Shown here in pieces: positions 36,155-45,146 of a DNA stretch of 64,000 nt. The position numbers and the translations under genes were made by a program. Position 1 is the first letter of the stretch. Every line of letters begins with the position of its first letter. This stretch comes from Dehalococcoidales bacterium (GTDB lineage Bacteria; Chloroflexota; Dehalococcoidia; Dehalococcoidales; RBG-16-60-22): positions 215,700 through 279,699 of the forward strand of contig JBEKDZ010000003.1 of NCBI GenBank assembly GCA_050014095.1, read 5' to 3'. The notes under the pieces are model-generated. The model was given only the letters and a program-made list of their open reading frames with translations. It made no database searches and was not told the origin of the DNA.

Positions 36155-37381
36155 ATGGCACTGGCAACTATACCGGAAGCTATTAAAGATATCAAGGCAG
36201 GCAAATTCGTTATCGTGGTGGACGACGAGGACCGTGAAAATGAAGGCGACCTTGTCATGGCAGCCGAGAAAGTGACAGCGGAATCCATCAACTTCATGGC
36301 TAGATATGGGCGGGGACTTATCTGCATGCCGATGACCGGCGAAAGGCTGGACGCGCTGCGGATACCCATGATGGTAAGCAATAACACGTCGCACTTCGGC
36401 ACGCCATTTTCGGTACCAGTCGAAGCTAGAGAGGGCACTACCACCGGCATTTCGGCGGCGGACCGGGCAAGGACAGTGCAAGTGATGGTCGACACCAAGA
36501 CCAAACCTGAAGACATACTTATGCCGGGGCACATGTTCCCATTACGCGCACGGGAAGGCGGCGTATTGGTACGCACTGGGCAGACCGAGGCGACAGTAGA
36601 CCTTGCCAGAATGGCGAGGCTTAAACCAGCGGGAGTCTGCTGTGAAATCATGAATGAAGACGGTACCATGGCACGGATGCCGCAACTTGAAGTATTTGCC
36701 AAAAAACACGATTTAAAAATAATCAGTGTTGCCGACTTAATCGCTTACCGCTACCGCCACGAGCGATTGGTGACGCGGGTGGCGGAAGCCAAGCTGCCAA
36801 CGAAATACGGTAATTTTAGAGTAATCGCCTACAAAAGCACCACCGACCCCGACGAGCACCTGGCGATGGTGATGGGCGATGTGAACACCGACGAGCCAGT
36901 GTTAGTCCGAGTGCATAGCCAATGCCTGACCGGCGATGTTTTCCACAGCATGCGCTGCGACTGCGGCGAGCAGATCGAAATGGCGATGAAGCGTATCGCC
37001 GATGAGGGGCGGGGAGTCGTGCTTTATATGCGGCAGGAAGGGCGGGGCATCGGTATCCACAACAAGATAAAAGCCTATGCCCTCCAGGATAAAGGACTGG
37101 ATACCGTCGAAGCAAACCTATCGCTGGGCTTCAAAGCCGACCAGCGTGATTATGGCATCGGCGCGCAGATACTCGCCGACCTGGGAATACACAATATGCG
37201 GCTGATGACGAACAATCCCAAGAAAATGAGTGGGCTGGAAAGCTACGGACTTAAGATAACCGAGCAGCTACCCATCACCACCAAGCCCAACCCGCATAAC
37301 CGCCGCTACCTCCGCACCAAGCAGGAAAAACTGGGGCATCTCCTGACCATCGCGGATGCCGATAGCGATAAAACAAACTAA
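36155..37381 (+). CDS. ribBA: bifunctional 3,4-dihydroxy-2-butanone-4-phosphate synthase / GTP cyclohydrolase II
   Basis: [11 protein letters not shown] (DHBP synthase) and [19 protein letters not shown] (GCH II zinc site). Confidence 0.9.
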   Translation: MALATIPEAIKDIKAGKFVIVVDDEDRENEGDLVMAAEKVTAESINFMARYGRGLICMPMTGERLDALRIPMMVSNNTSHFGTPFSVPVEAREGTTTGISAADRARTVQVMVDTKTKPEDILMPGHMFPLRAREGGVLVRTGQTEATVDLARMARLKPAGVCCEIMNEDGTMARMPQLEVFAKKHDLKIISVADLIAYRYRHERLVTRVAEAKLPTKYGNFRVIAYKSTTDPDEHLAMVMGDVNTDEPVLVRVHSQCLTGDVFHSMRCDCGEQIEMAMKRIADEGRGVVLYMRQEGRGIGIHNKIKAYALQDKGLDTVEANLSLGFKADQRDYGIGAQILADLGIHNMRLMTNNPKKMSGLESYGLKITEQLPITTKPNPHNRRYLRTKQEKLGHLLTIADADSDKTN

Positions 37382-37391
37382 GGAGAATGAT

Positions 37392-37859
37392 ATGAGCAAG
37401 ACTTACGAAGGGAATCTACTAGGCAAGGGATTGAAATTCGGGATTGTGGTCTCGCGGTTTAACGAGTTCTTCAGTACGAAGCTGCTGGAAGGCGCGAAAG
37501 ACGCCCTGCTGCGCCACGGGGTGGTTGATACAGATATCGAAGTTGCCTGGACACCGGGCTCGTTCGAGATACCGCTGATAGCGCAGAAAATGGTGGAAAG
37601 CAAGAAATATAACGCCGTAATCTGCCTGGGGGCGGTGATTAGAGGGGGGACGCCGCACTTCGACTACATTGCGTCAGAAGTCGCCAAAGGTATCGCCAAC
37701 GTGGGACTGAAGACGGGCGTGCCGGTAATCTTCGGGGTAATCACTACCGATACGCTGGAGCAGGCTATCGAGCGCTCCGGCACCAAGGACGGCAATAAGG
37801 GCTTCGACGCGGCGGTAAGCGCCATCGAAATGGCGAACCTGATAAAGACGATTGTGTAG
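37392..37859 (+). CDS. ribH: 6,7-dimethyl-8-ribityllumazine synthase
   Basis: [33 protein letters not shown]. Start moved to ATG 37392 after AGGAGA. Confidence 0.9.
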   Translation: MSKTYEGNLLGKGLKFGIVVSRFNEFFSTKLLEGAKDALLRHGVVDTDIEVAWTPGSFEIPLIAQKMVESKKYNAVICLGAVIRGGTPHFDYIASEVAKGIANVGLKTGVPVIFGVITTDTLEQAIERSGTKDGNKGFDAAVSAIEMANLIKTIV

Positions 37860-37914
37860 TTGTTGACTAGTTGTTAGTATAGAGTGAGAAAAGGGGCGGT
37901 TTCTTGACCTTACC

Positions 37915-38130
37915 CCCTACCCCCTCTCCAAACTTGAGTATGAATAATACTGTGTTTGCTATGTTTGGAGAGGGGTTTTTTGTTTCTTAAGAGGGGGCTA
38001 GCGCCCCCTCTTTAACACCCCGGTTGTGGGGAAAAGGGGTGAACCTCTCCCCCTTGTGTTCCCCCTCTCCGTACACAGAGAGGGGAAGTAATTATAAAAA
38101 CCCTCTTAATCTCCCTTTACGAAAGGGAGA
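37915..38130. repeat. cluster of hairpin repeats (families C, D, B) downstream of ribH
   Basis: 13-bp stem CCCCTCTCCAAAC/GTTTGGAGAGGGG with a 29-nt loop (37921-37975) followed by a T-run. Also AAGAGGGGGC-tagc-GCCCCCTCTT (37989-38012), CCCCTCT/AGAGGGG (38062-38085) and TCTCCCTTT-acg-AAAGGGAGA (38110-38130). Confidence 0.85.
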
Positions 38131-38299
38131 GACTGGCAAAGGTAACAGAACCCAGTCTTATCAGAACTATGCCCTAGAATATGGGAATAGAATATGTCTA
38201 TATCACGATTACTCTAAAGAACACCATGTGAACGCTAAGGCGATAAAGCAGATGCACACCGACTTTAGCCCGATTGCCGGTCTAGCGTTATCGGCTTAA

Positions 38300-38332
38300 C
38301 AGAAATAAATAACAACAAACCGAGGCTCGGTT
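38300..38332 (-). terminator. rho-independent terminator of the membrane-protein gene
   Basis: AACCGAG/CTCGGTT hairpin (38318-38332), followed on the minus strand by TTTGTTGTTATTTATTT. Confidence 0.55.
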
Positions 38333-38338
38333 GCGTCC

Positions 38339-38875
38339 TTAGGGTTTAGTTGTCGTAGGAGGAGATGATGTTGACTTAGTTGGACGCGTAGCGAAGTACA
38401 TGACAACCGTGAAAAGGAAACCGCCAATATACAAGAGCGCGGGGACTAATACGGGTGACGTGTCACGGTCTATCCAAACTATTGCTAACCCACCGATGAA
38501 AAACATACTACATCCCAGCCAGACCTTGTTGCCTTCCTGTTTGAAGCTTATTTTGTCGTGTAGGATTATAAAGGCTATTGCTGAAATTACACTAGCCAAC
38601 ACTCGAAAGGCTCCTGCGACAGCGAATGCATAAGCCATTCCTTCCGGTATACTTGTTAGTGTGATTTTGAGGCCGGATTGGGACCATCCGTTTGAGATTG
38701 TTAGCCAGGCAAAGCCCATAACGATTAAGCCTGATGCAGCGCGTACGATGTTCGTGATGCGCCGTTGTTTTGCGGTCAAGTTCACGGGGTTGCTACTCGT
38801 GTCTGATATTAGTGTAACGAGATTGTCCAGGGCGATGGCGAGCCCCGACACTATAAATACGTACCAAGGGTTCAT
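38339..38875 (-). CDS. hypothetical membrane protein (5-6 TM)
   Basis: 178 aa, hydrophobic segments throughout, no recognised motif. Confidence 0.5.
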   Translation of the reverse strand: MNPWYVFIVSGLAIALDNLVTLISDTSSNPVNLTAKQRRITNIVRAASGLIVMGFAWLTISNGWSQSGLKITLTSIPEGMAYAFAVAGAFRVLASVISAIAFIILHDKISFKQEGNKVWLGCSMFFIGGLAIVWIDRDTSPVLVPALLYIGGFLFTVVMYFATRPTKSTSSPPTTTKP

Positions 38876-39034
38876 AATTTGATAGCCTCCCGTTATGATT
38901 TATTACTTTTTTCAGATTCGAGTTGCTCGTTGAGCCGATTGAGCTTTATTTCAATTTCGCGCAACTTACGGTTTAAGCGTCGATTGTTCATGCGCTAATT
39001 ATAGCACGCGCTCGCGCGATATCAAATTGTCTTA

Positions 39035-39286
39035 TTATGTAACCTTGTAAACCACGTCTCCCGGTCTAACGCGCTCGGGGACTTTAATGCCGACGGACTG
39101 GCCCTTTTTAGCCTGTTTAACGTTCTCGTTGTCGATCTGCATCGAGGTCAAGTCCATCTCGATATCCGTGGTGTGGCCCTTGATGTGAATCTTGTCCCCC
39201 ACCTTCAGCGTGCCGGTCATATCAATGCCGGCGACCACTACATGAGCAAAGAAATCGCTTACCTTGCCGACTGCTTTCTCCTTCAT
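39035..39286 (-). CDS. small EF-Tu domain-2-like beta-barrel protein
   Basis: 83 aa. GTLKVGDKIHIKG...GQSVGIKV...PGDVVYKV resembles translation-factor domain II. Strong RBS GGAGGGAGG. Confidence 0.6.
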   Translation of the reverse strand: MKEKAVGKVSDFFAHVVVAGIDMTGTLKVGDKIHIKGHTTDIEMDLTSMQIDNENVKQAKKGQSVGIKVPERVRPGDVVYKVT

Positions 39287-39382
39287 ATTTCCTCCCTCCT
39301 TAATAAATTATATCGGGCAAAATTACAGTTTGTGTTAAGGATTATACGCCCCGAGATTCAGGAAATCAACACCAGTCGAACC

Positions 39383-39481
39383 GTCATTGCGAGGAGTCCC
39401 GATAAAATCGGGACGACGTGGCAATCTCCATCATTGGTTTTGTTCTGACATAGGGATTGCCACGCTTCGCTCGCAATGACA
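39383..39481. repeat. composite palindrome made of two inverted family-A units
   Basis: GTCATTGCGAGG-[GTCCCGAT aaa ATCGGGAC]-GACGTGGCAATCTC (39383-39428) faces GGGATTGCCACG...CTCGCAATGACA (39453-39481). Confidence 0.85.
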
Positions 39482-39550
39482 TCCCGTTTTTGACTAATTT
39501 TCTTTCAGGACATATAATAGGTCTAAATAAAAGATTTAGAGGACCATTCT

Positions 39551-39766
39551 TTGGCCAAGACACAAGAAACCACACCAGCAGACAACCTGGAGAAAATAGA
39601 AAAACGCCTCGATTCATTGGATAGTCGTTTGGATAATATTGACTCCATGGTTAGCGCTGTTGCCGAGCGCGTCATGAAACAACCGATTACGCTAAACGTT
39701 ACCTGCAGCCATTGCGGTCACAAATTAGAAATAGCCATTTTAGGCACCGAAAAACCGACCAAGTAA
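39551..39766 (+). CDS. hypothetical protein (71 aa) with a coiled-coil N-terminus and a CxxC near the C-terminus
   Basis: TTG start 7 nt after GAGGA. No recognised family. Confidence 0.35.
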   Translation: MAKTQETTPADNLEKIEKRLDSLDSRLDNIDSMVSAVAERVMKQPITLNVTCSHCGHKLEIAILGTEKPTK

Positions 39767-39847
39767 ATCCAGCAGATATAAACAATTTTCCCTATTTGTT
39801 TCATTGGGCGTGAACATACAACAAAACCATCATACCAGGAGGCAAGG

Positions 39848-40507
39848 ATGACGATATCGGCGAGAATCAGCGAGACTAGATATAACGTTTTCAAATGGCG
39901 CTATGAGTTAAGCATACCCAAGAAACTGGCGCTGGCTCTGGGGGTAGCCATACTCACCGGTCTGCTGGCGCAGCTTAGATTCTATCTCCCGTGGAGTCCT
40001 GTGCCACTTACCGGGCAGACCTTCGGGGCTCTCTTTGCCGGCATCATACTGGGGACATGGTGGGGAGGCATCAGCATGGCGCTTTACGCCGGGCTGGGGG
40101 CGGCGGGTTTACCCTGGTTCCAGGGGTGGAGCGGGGGATTTGCCTATCTAACCGGGCCCACCGGCGGCTATATCGTTGGTTTTATCCTGGCGGCGCTTTT
40201 CCTGGGGTATTTCACCGATAAATTCGTGAGGTCGCGGAGCTTCTTTGCCATGCTCGGGCTGATGCTCATCGCCAACTTTATCCTTATCTATGGACCGGGA
40301 CTTTTACAACTTAACCTCTGGCTTGCCAACGTCAAAGGCGAGCCGGTAGCGTTCGGCCAGCTGCTCACAATGGGCGCCATACCCTTTATCGTCGGGGACA
40401 TCACCAAGGCGGTTATGGCGGCGCTTATCGCCCGTGGCATCACACCTAAAAAAGCCTACGCCAAAGAGACAGATGGAGATAAGTGGGCGAGGTGGAGATT
40501 GCCGTAA
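39848..40507 (+). CDS. bioY: biotin transporter BioY (ECF S component)
   Basis: PVPLTGQTFGALFAGIILG, GPTGGYIVGF, IPFIVGDITKA. Confidence 0.85.
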   Translation: MTISARISETRYNVFKWRYELSIPKKLALALGVAILTGLLAQLRFYLPWSPVPLTGQTFGALFAGIILGTWWGGISMALYAGLGAAGLPWFQGWSGGFAYLTGPTGGYIVGFILAALFLGYFTDKFVRSRSFFAMLGLMLIANFILIYGPGLLQLNLWLANVKGEPVAFGQLLTMGAIPFIVGDITKAVMAALIARGITPKKAYAKETDGDKWARWRLP

Positions 40508-40518
40508 AAGAAATATCA

Positions 40519-40751
40519 AGATACAAGATACAATAACCAAACAATACTCAAAAAATCAAAGGACAAACAAAATCCTTCTCATTCTCCCTTTATAAAAGGG
40601 AGACGATATTGTTTTCCTTAACAAGCATCGCTTGCAGCCCATTCGCTTGTCCCTCTTTCGCAAAGAGGGTTTACCCTGAAGACTCACCCTGAAGGGAGAA
40701 AGGGAGATTTTGTTTCACCCTCACCCTTCCCTCTCCCATCAAGGGAGAGGG
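40519..40751. repeat. cluster of hairpin repeats (family B variants) plus the AAGATACAATAACCAAA motif
   Basis: CAAGATACAATAACCAAA is also present at 50650. Hairpins: TCTCCCTTT-ata-AAAGGGAGA (40583-40603), CCCTCTTT-cgc-AAAGAGGG (40651-40669), CCCTCTCCC-atcaa-GGGAGAGGG (40729-40751). Confidence 0.8.
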
Positions 40752-40786
40752 TTTAGAGAAGAGGACTGGTTAAAACTCTAATCTAA

Positions 40787-40815
40787 TTGCGCCCCTAGCT
40801 GAACGTTGCTATAAT
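40787..40815 (+). promoter_or_regulatory. candidate promoter giving a leaderless thrS mRNA
   Basis: TTGCGC (40787-40792), 17-nt spacer, TATAAT (40810-40815). The thrS ATG begins 7 nt after the -10 element and there is no Shine-Dalgarno. Confidence 0.4.
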
Positions 40816-40821
40816 GGGTCT

Positions 40822-42561
40822 ATGAGTCAAGAGCATCAGCTAAATACTATGCGCCATTCCGCATCCCATGTAATAGCGGAGGCAGTACTGTCTATCTTCC
40901 CGGATGCGAAATTCGCCATCGGCCCGGCAATAGAGGACGGATTTTATTACGACTTCGATTTACCGCGCTCGCTAACGCCGGAAGACCTGCCCATCATCGA
41001 GAAAAAGATGGCGGAAATCATTAAAGCCAACCTACCCTTCAAGCATAGGGAAATATCCAAAGCCGAAGCGAAAAAGCTTTTCGCCAAACAGCCATATAAG
41101 CTGGAACTAATCGAAGAGCTCCCCGACGACAAGGTGGGCATTTACGAACAGGGCAACTTTATCGACCTCTGCAAGGGACCACATGTTAACACGACCGGCG
41201 AGATAAAGGCTTTCAAGCTGACGAGCATCGCCGGTGCGTACTGGCGCGGGGATGAGCATAACGCCATGCTCCAGCGCATCTACGGTCTGGCATTTAATAC
41301 CCAGAAAGAGTTGGATGATTATTTAGTTCATCTTGAAGAAATCAAAAAGAGAGACCATAGAAAAATAGGCAAGGATTTAGACCTTTTTGTATTTTCGGAA
41401 TTGGTAGGGAAAGGGCTACCGCTCTTTACGGAAAAGGGGTCGATAATAAGGCGGGAACTGGAACGCTTCGTGGTGGATGAGGAGTTGAAGCGTGGTTATA
41501 AACATATATATACACCAGACCTTGCTCTTGTAGCGCTTTTCAAGACTTCTGGCCACTACCCTTATTATAAAGATACCATGTTCCCTATCATGAAAGTAGA
41601 TGATGAAGAGCTTATTTTAAGACCCATGACCTGCCCCCACCATTATCAATACTATGCCAGCAGGCCAAGGTCTTACCGGGAACTGCCGTTTAAAATAGCC
41701 GAACTGGCTAAACAATTCCGCTATGAAAAATCCGGCGAACTTACCGGCCTTATCAGAGCCCGTATGTTCTGCCTGGCGGATTCCCATATCATCTGCCAAA
41801 AAGAACAAGCGGTCAGTCAAATAAACGAGGTTTTGGACTTAATAGAATATGCCGCCGGGGTTTTATATAAAAACGGCGCAGAATACCGCTACCGGCTGTC
41901 TCTTGGCGATAGAAAAGATGATAAAAAATATTACAAAGACGATGAAGCCTGGGATTACGCGGAAAACGTCTTACGCAGTGTGTTGAAACAAAGAGGAGCC
42001 AATTTCTTCGAAGCCGATGATGAAGCCGCTTTTTACGGCCCCAAAATTGATATCCAGATGAAAAACTTCGCCGGTAAGGAAGACACGGCTTTCACCGTCC
42101 AGTATGACTTTGTAGGGCCGAAACGTTTTAAGCTAACCTATATCGACACCGATGGTAAAGAAAAAGAGCCTATCGTTATTCACCGCTCTTCCATCGGCGC
42201 CATCGAAAGAACCATGGCATTCCTCATCGAGCATTATGCCGGAGCCTTCCCCACCTGGCTGGCGCCGGTACAGGTAAAGCTCATACCCATCTCCGACCGG
42301 CATATTGAGCATGTAAAAAAGGTGGCTGCCGAGCTCAAGGAGCGGGGCATAAGGGTGGAAACGGACGACCGTTCCGAGCGAATGAACCTTAAAATCCGCC
42401 AGGCGCAGCAGGAAAAGATACCGTACATGGTCGTCATCGGGGATAAAGAGGCGGCGGATAATACCGTATCCGTACGCAAACGCAGCGGAGAGCAGCTGCC
42501 TGTACAGCCTCTCGCAAATTTTATTGAGATGCTAACGGCAGAAATTGCCAACAAAGCATGA
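40822..42561 (+). CDS. thrS: threonine--tRNA ligase (short form without the N-terminal TGS domain)
   Basis: Starts at the editing-domain HSASHV motif. Class II motifs (RPMTCPHH, FRYEKSG, GPKID). 579 aa. Confidence 0.9.
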   Translation: MSQEHQLNTMRHSASHVIAEAVLSIFPDAKFAIGPAIEDGFYYDFDLPRSLTPEDLPIIEKKMAEIIKANLPFKHREISKAEAKKLFAKQPYKLELIEELPDDKVGIYEQGNFIDLCKGPHVNTTGEIKAFKLTSIAGAYWRGDEHNAMLQRIYGLAFNTQKELDDYLVHLEEIKKRDHRKIGKDLDLFVFSELVGKGLPLFTEKGSIIRRELERFVVDEELKRGYKHIYTPDLALVALFKTSGHYPYYKDTMFPIMKVDDEELILRPMTCPHHYQYYASRPRSYRELPFKIAELAKQFRYEKSGELTGLIRARMFCLADSHIICQKEQAVSQINEVLDLIEYAAGVLYKNGAEYRYRLSLGDRKDDKKYYKDDEAWDYAENVLRSVLKQRGANFFEADDEAAFYGPKIDIQMKNFAGKEDTAFTVQYDFVGPKRFKLTYIDTDGKEKEPIVIHRSSIGAIERTMAFLIEHYAGAFPTWLAPVQVKLIPISDRHIEHVKKVAAELKERGIRVETDDRSERMNLKIRQAQQEKIPYMVVIGDKEAADNTVSVRKRSGEQLPVQPLANFIEMLTAEIANKA

Positions 42562-42670
42562 ACGTCAGGTCATTTCCCAATGGCCAGCCGCCAGAGGGTT
42601 GATTTCCCACACATAATATGATATAGTTTTGTTCGTAGAGCACCTATCAACGGAGGAGGTTAGAGAGTAT

Positions 42671-43345
42671 ATAATTAAGCAACTGCGCGTCAACGAGCGA
42701 ATAATCGCCAGAGAAGTTCGCCTGGTCGGAGAGAAAGGCGAACAGCTTGGCGTTATGCCAGTGTTGCAGGCAAGAGAACTGGCGAAGAAAAGCAACCTTG
42801 ACCTTGTCGAGGTAGCGCCGACATCAGTCCCTCCGGTCTGCCGCCTTCTCGACTACGGTAAGTTCAAATACGAACAGCAGAAAAAAGAGCAGCAGGCGAA
42901 GAAGAGTCAGAAGGTAACATTATTAAGAGAGATACGCCTGCGACCCAAGATAGGCGTCCACGATTTTAATTTTAAAGCCAAGACAGCTTCAAAGCTGCTG
43001 GCTGACGGAGCCAAGGTAAAGGTTACGCTAATGTTCCGGGGACGCGAAATCACGCATCCCGAATTGGGCTGGAAAATTTTACAGCGTATGGCGGAAACAT
43101 TAAATGAAGTAGGTACGCTGGAGAGGCAGCCGGTGATGGAAGGCCGAAGGATGGATATCATCATCGCGCCCATCGGCTCCAAGCCCAAGGTTAAAACAGA
43201 AGCCAAGCCGGAAGCGAAAAAAGAGATAAAAACGGAAGCGAAAGCAGCAACAAATACCGAAGTAAAAGCCGAAGCCAAAAAGGAAACCAAAGTTAAAGTA
43301 GAAGCCAAAGCGGGAGTAAAGGAAGTCCAGAATGCCAAAACTTAA
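42671..43345 (+). CDS. infC: translation initiation factor IF-3 with a non-AUG start and a ~50-aa Lys/Glu/Ala-rich C-terminal tail
   Basis: VNERIIAREVRLVGEKGEQLGV is the IF-3 N-domain. GGAGGAGG at 42652-42659 is followed by ATA (42671) and ATT (42674). The tail is KTEAKPEAKKEIKTEAKAATNTEVKAEAKKETKVKVEAK. Confidence 0.85.
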   Translation: MIKQLRVNERIIAREVRLVGEKGEQLGVMPVLQARELAKKSNLDLVEVAPTSVPPVCRLLDYGKFKYEQQKKEQQAKKSQKVTLLREIRLRPKIGVHDFNFKAKTASKLLADGAKVKVTLMFRGREITHPELGWKILQRMAETLNEVGTLERQPVMEGRRMDIIIAPIGSKPKVKTEAKPEAKKEIKTEAKAATNTEVKAEAKKETKVKVEAKAGVKEVQNAKT

Positions 43346-43535
43346 GACTCATAAAGGGGCCAAGAGCCGTTTCAAGATTACGGGAACCGGTAAAATATTA
43401 CGCACCCAGGGGCCAAAAAGCCATCTGCGTGTACATAAAGCCAAACGCGTGCGGAATACATTCGATAAGATGACGGAGCTTTACGCGGGAGACCGCAAGC
43501 GCATATCAAGGCTGATACCTAACGGCATCAAGTAG
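43332..43535 (+). CDS. rpmI: 50S ribosomal protein L35
   Basis: MPKLKTHKGAKSRFKITGTGK. The ATG lies 14 nt inside the infC tail. Confidence 0.9.
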   Translation: MPKLKTHKGAKSRFKITGTGKILRTQGPKSHLRVHKAKRVRNTFDKMTELYAGDRKRISRLIPNGIK

Positions 43536-43553
43536 GACAGGAGTAACAGTAAC

Positions 43554-43913
43554 ATGCCTAGAGTTAAAAGAGGTGTAACCTCTCACCATAAACATAAGAA
43601 GGTGTTAGCCCTGACCAAAGGGCACCGGAGCACCAGTCACCGCCTTATCAAGCGCGCCCACGAGTCAATGATGCACTCCTTGAGCTATGCCTATTTCCAC
43701 CGTCGGGAACGCAAAGGCGATTTCCGGCGACTCTGGATACTACGCGTTAACGCCGCCTGTCGCGCCCAGGGCTTAACGTATAGTCAGTTCATGAACGGGC
43801 TTAAAAAAGCCGGCATCGAAATAAACCGGAAGTCGCTGGCCGATATGGCCGTCAAAGAGCCGGCGAGCTTTAGCAGCCTGGTCGCTCTCGCGGGAGGGAA
43901 AGGCCAGGACTGA
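43554..43913 (+). CDS. rplT: 50S ribosomal protein L20
   Basis: [18 protein letters not shown]...[18 protein letters not shown]. Confidence 0.9.
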   Translation: MPRVKRGVTSHHKHKKVLALTKGHRSTSHRLIKRAHESMMHSLSYAYFHRRERKGDFRRLWILRVNAACRAQGLTYSQFMNGLKKAGIEINRKSLADMAVKEPASFSSLVALAGGKGQD

Positions 43914-43949
43914 AAGACTCCGGTTCTCAACTAATTTAGTTTTTTAGTT

Positions 43950-43983
43950 CCCCTTCCCCTACCCAGCGGAAGGGGATTTTTTT
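43950..43983 (+). terminator. rho-independent terminator/attenuator between rplT and pheS
   Basis: CCCCTTCC (43950-43957), 10-nt loop, GGAAGGGG (43968-43975), then ATTTTTTT. Confidence 0.65.
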
Positions 43984-43996
43984 AAGGAACGTAGCG

Positions 43997-45034
43997 ATGC
44001 TGAAAGAAATAGAAAAAATAAAAACGGAAGCCCTCAAGCAGCTGGGGGTTATTAGCAATCCAAAAGACCTGGAGGCATGGCGCGTCCACTACCTCGGCAA
44101 GAAAAGTCCGCTGACCCAAATACTCCGGGGATTAACAGCACTTTCTATCGAGGATAGAAAAGCGGTCGGCGCAGCGGCGAACCAGCTGAAAAACCTGCTG
44201 GAAACCAGCGCCGGGGAAAAGGGACAGGCTCTGCGTGAGACACAGCTAAAATCCGCCGCCCAAAAAGAGTCCATCGATATCTCGCTGCCGGGGCGACCAT
44301 TATCCATAGGTCATCAGCACCCCATTACCCAAGCCATCGAAGAGATTTGCGATATCTTTATCTCAATGGGATTTCAGGTTAAAGAGGGACCGGACGTGGA
44401 GTGGGACTATTACAATTTCGAGGCGCTCAATATACCCGCCGAGCACCCCTCCCGCGATAATATGTCGTCCTACTGGATTAATGCGCCGCCGGGGGAAAAG
44501 GGGAAGCAGCTTTTAAGAACGCACGGCACCGCTATCAGCGCCCGTATCGTAGAGAATATGAAGCCGCCCATCCGTACTATCGAGCCGGCGCGGGTCTATA
44601 GATACGAAGCGGTCAACGCCACCCATCTTAACATCTACCACAATCTCGACGGACTGGCAGTAGACAAAGGCATCACCATGGCAGACCTGAAGGGCGTGCT
44701 TTTTGAGTTGGTGCGGCGGTACTTCGGGGGGAAGAGGAAAGCCAGGTTCCGCACCGATTTCTTCCCATTCGTAGAGCCGGGCGGGGAAATTGCCATCGAC
44801 TGTATCGTTTGCAAAGGCTCGGGCTGCCGTGCCTGCGGGAACAGCGGCTGGCTGGAGCTAGGGGGTTGCGGTATGACCCACCCTGATGTACTGCGGCGGG
44901 GAGGTATCGACCCGGAGGAATATACCAGTTTTGCCTTCGGTCTAGGTCTTGAGAGGTTCCCGATGCAGCGCTACGGCATCGAGCAGATGCGGACATTCTA
45001 TAATAACGACCTGCGATTTTTAAGGCAATTTTAA
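43997..45034 (+). CDS. pheS: phenylalanine--tRNA ligase alpha subunit
   Basis: HPSRDNMSS, LLRTHGT, FFPFVEPG, GCGMTHP. Confidence 0.9.
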   Translation: MLKEIEKIKTEALKQLGVISNPKDLEAWRVHYLGKKSPLTQILRGLTALSIEDRKAVGAAANQLKNLLETSAGEKGQALRETQLKSAAQKESIDISLPGRPLSIGHQHPITQAIEEICDIFISMGFQVKEGPDVEWDYYNFEALNIPAEHPSRDNMSSYWINAPPGEKGKQLLRTHGTAISARIVENMKPPIRTIEPARVYRYEAVNATHLNIYHNLDGLAVDKGITMADLKGVLFELVRRYFGGKRKARFRTDFFPFVEPGGEIAIDCIVCKGSGCRACGNSGWLELGGCGMTHPDVLRRGGIDPEEYTSFAFGLGLERFPMQRYGIEQMRTFYNNDLRFLRQF

Positions 45035-45052
45035 AGGGGAGTTGAAGGCATT

Positions 45053-45128
45053 TGTCATTCTGAGCGAAGCGAAGAATCCGCTTGAATAGAATAGAGATTC
45101 CCACGTCGCTTCGCTCCTCGGAATGACA
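45053..45128. repeat. 76-bp palindromic repeat (family A variant) inserted between pheS and pheT
   Basis: TGTCATTCTGAGCGAAGCGA (45053-45072) pairs with TCGCTTCGCTCCTCGGAATGACA (45106-45128). Confidence 0.85.
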
Positions 45129-45146
45129 GTTGAACAGGATAATCGA

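Noticed and set aside
36142-36702. Long antisense ORFs inside well-supported genes (36142..36702, 10452..10949, 45660..46190, 46266..46793, 30353..30820, 51060..51536, 59621..60145, 59628..60140).
   Set aside because: Each lies fully inside a gene with strong motif support on the opposite strand. Their sequences are low-complexity and Arg/Ser/Pro-rich, as expected for antisense frames, and they have no RBS.
40508-40821. T-box leader or operator upstream of thrS. The same check was made at 43914..43996 upstream of pheS.
   Set aside because: No specifier-loop or T-box (AGGGUGGNACC-like) sequence is present. The thrS upstream region is repeats plus a promoter abutting the ATG. The pheS upstream region holds only a simple terminator-like hairpin.
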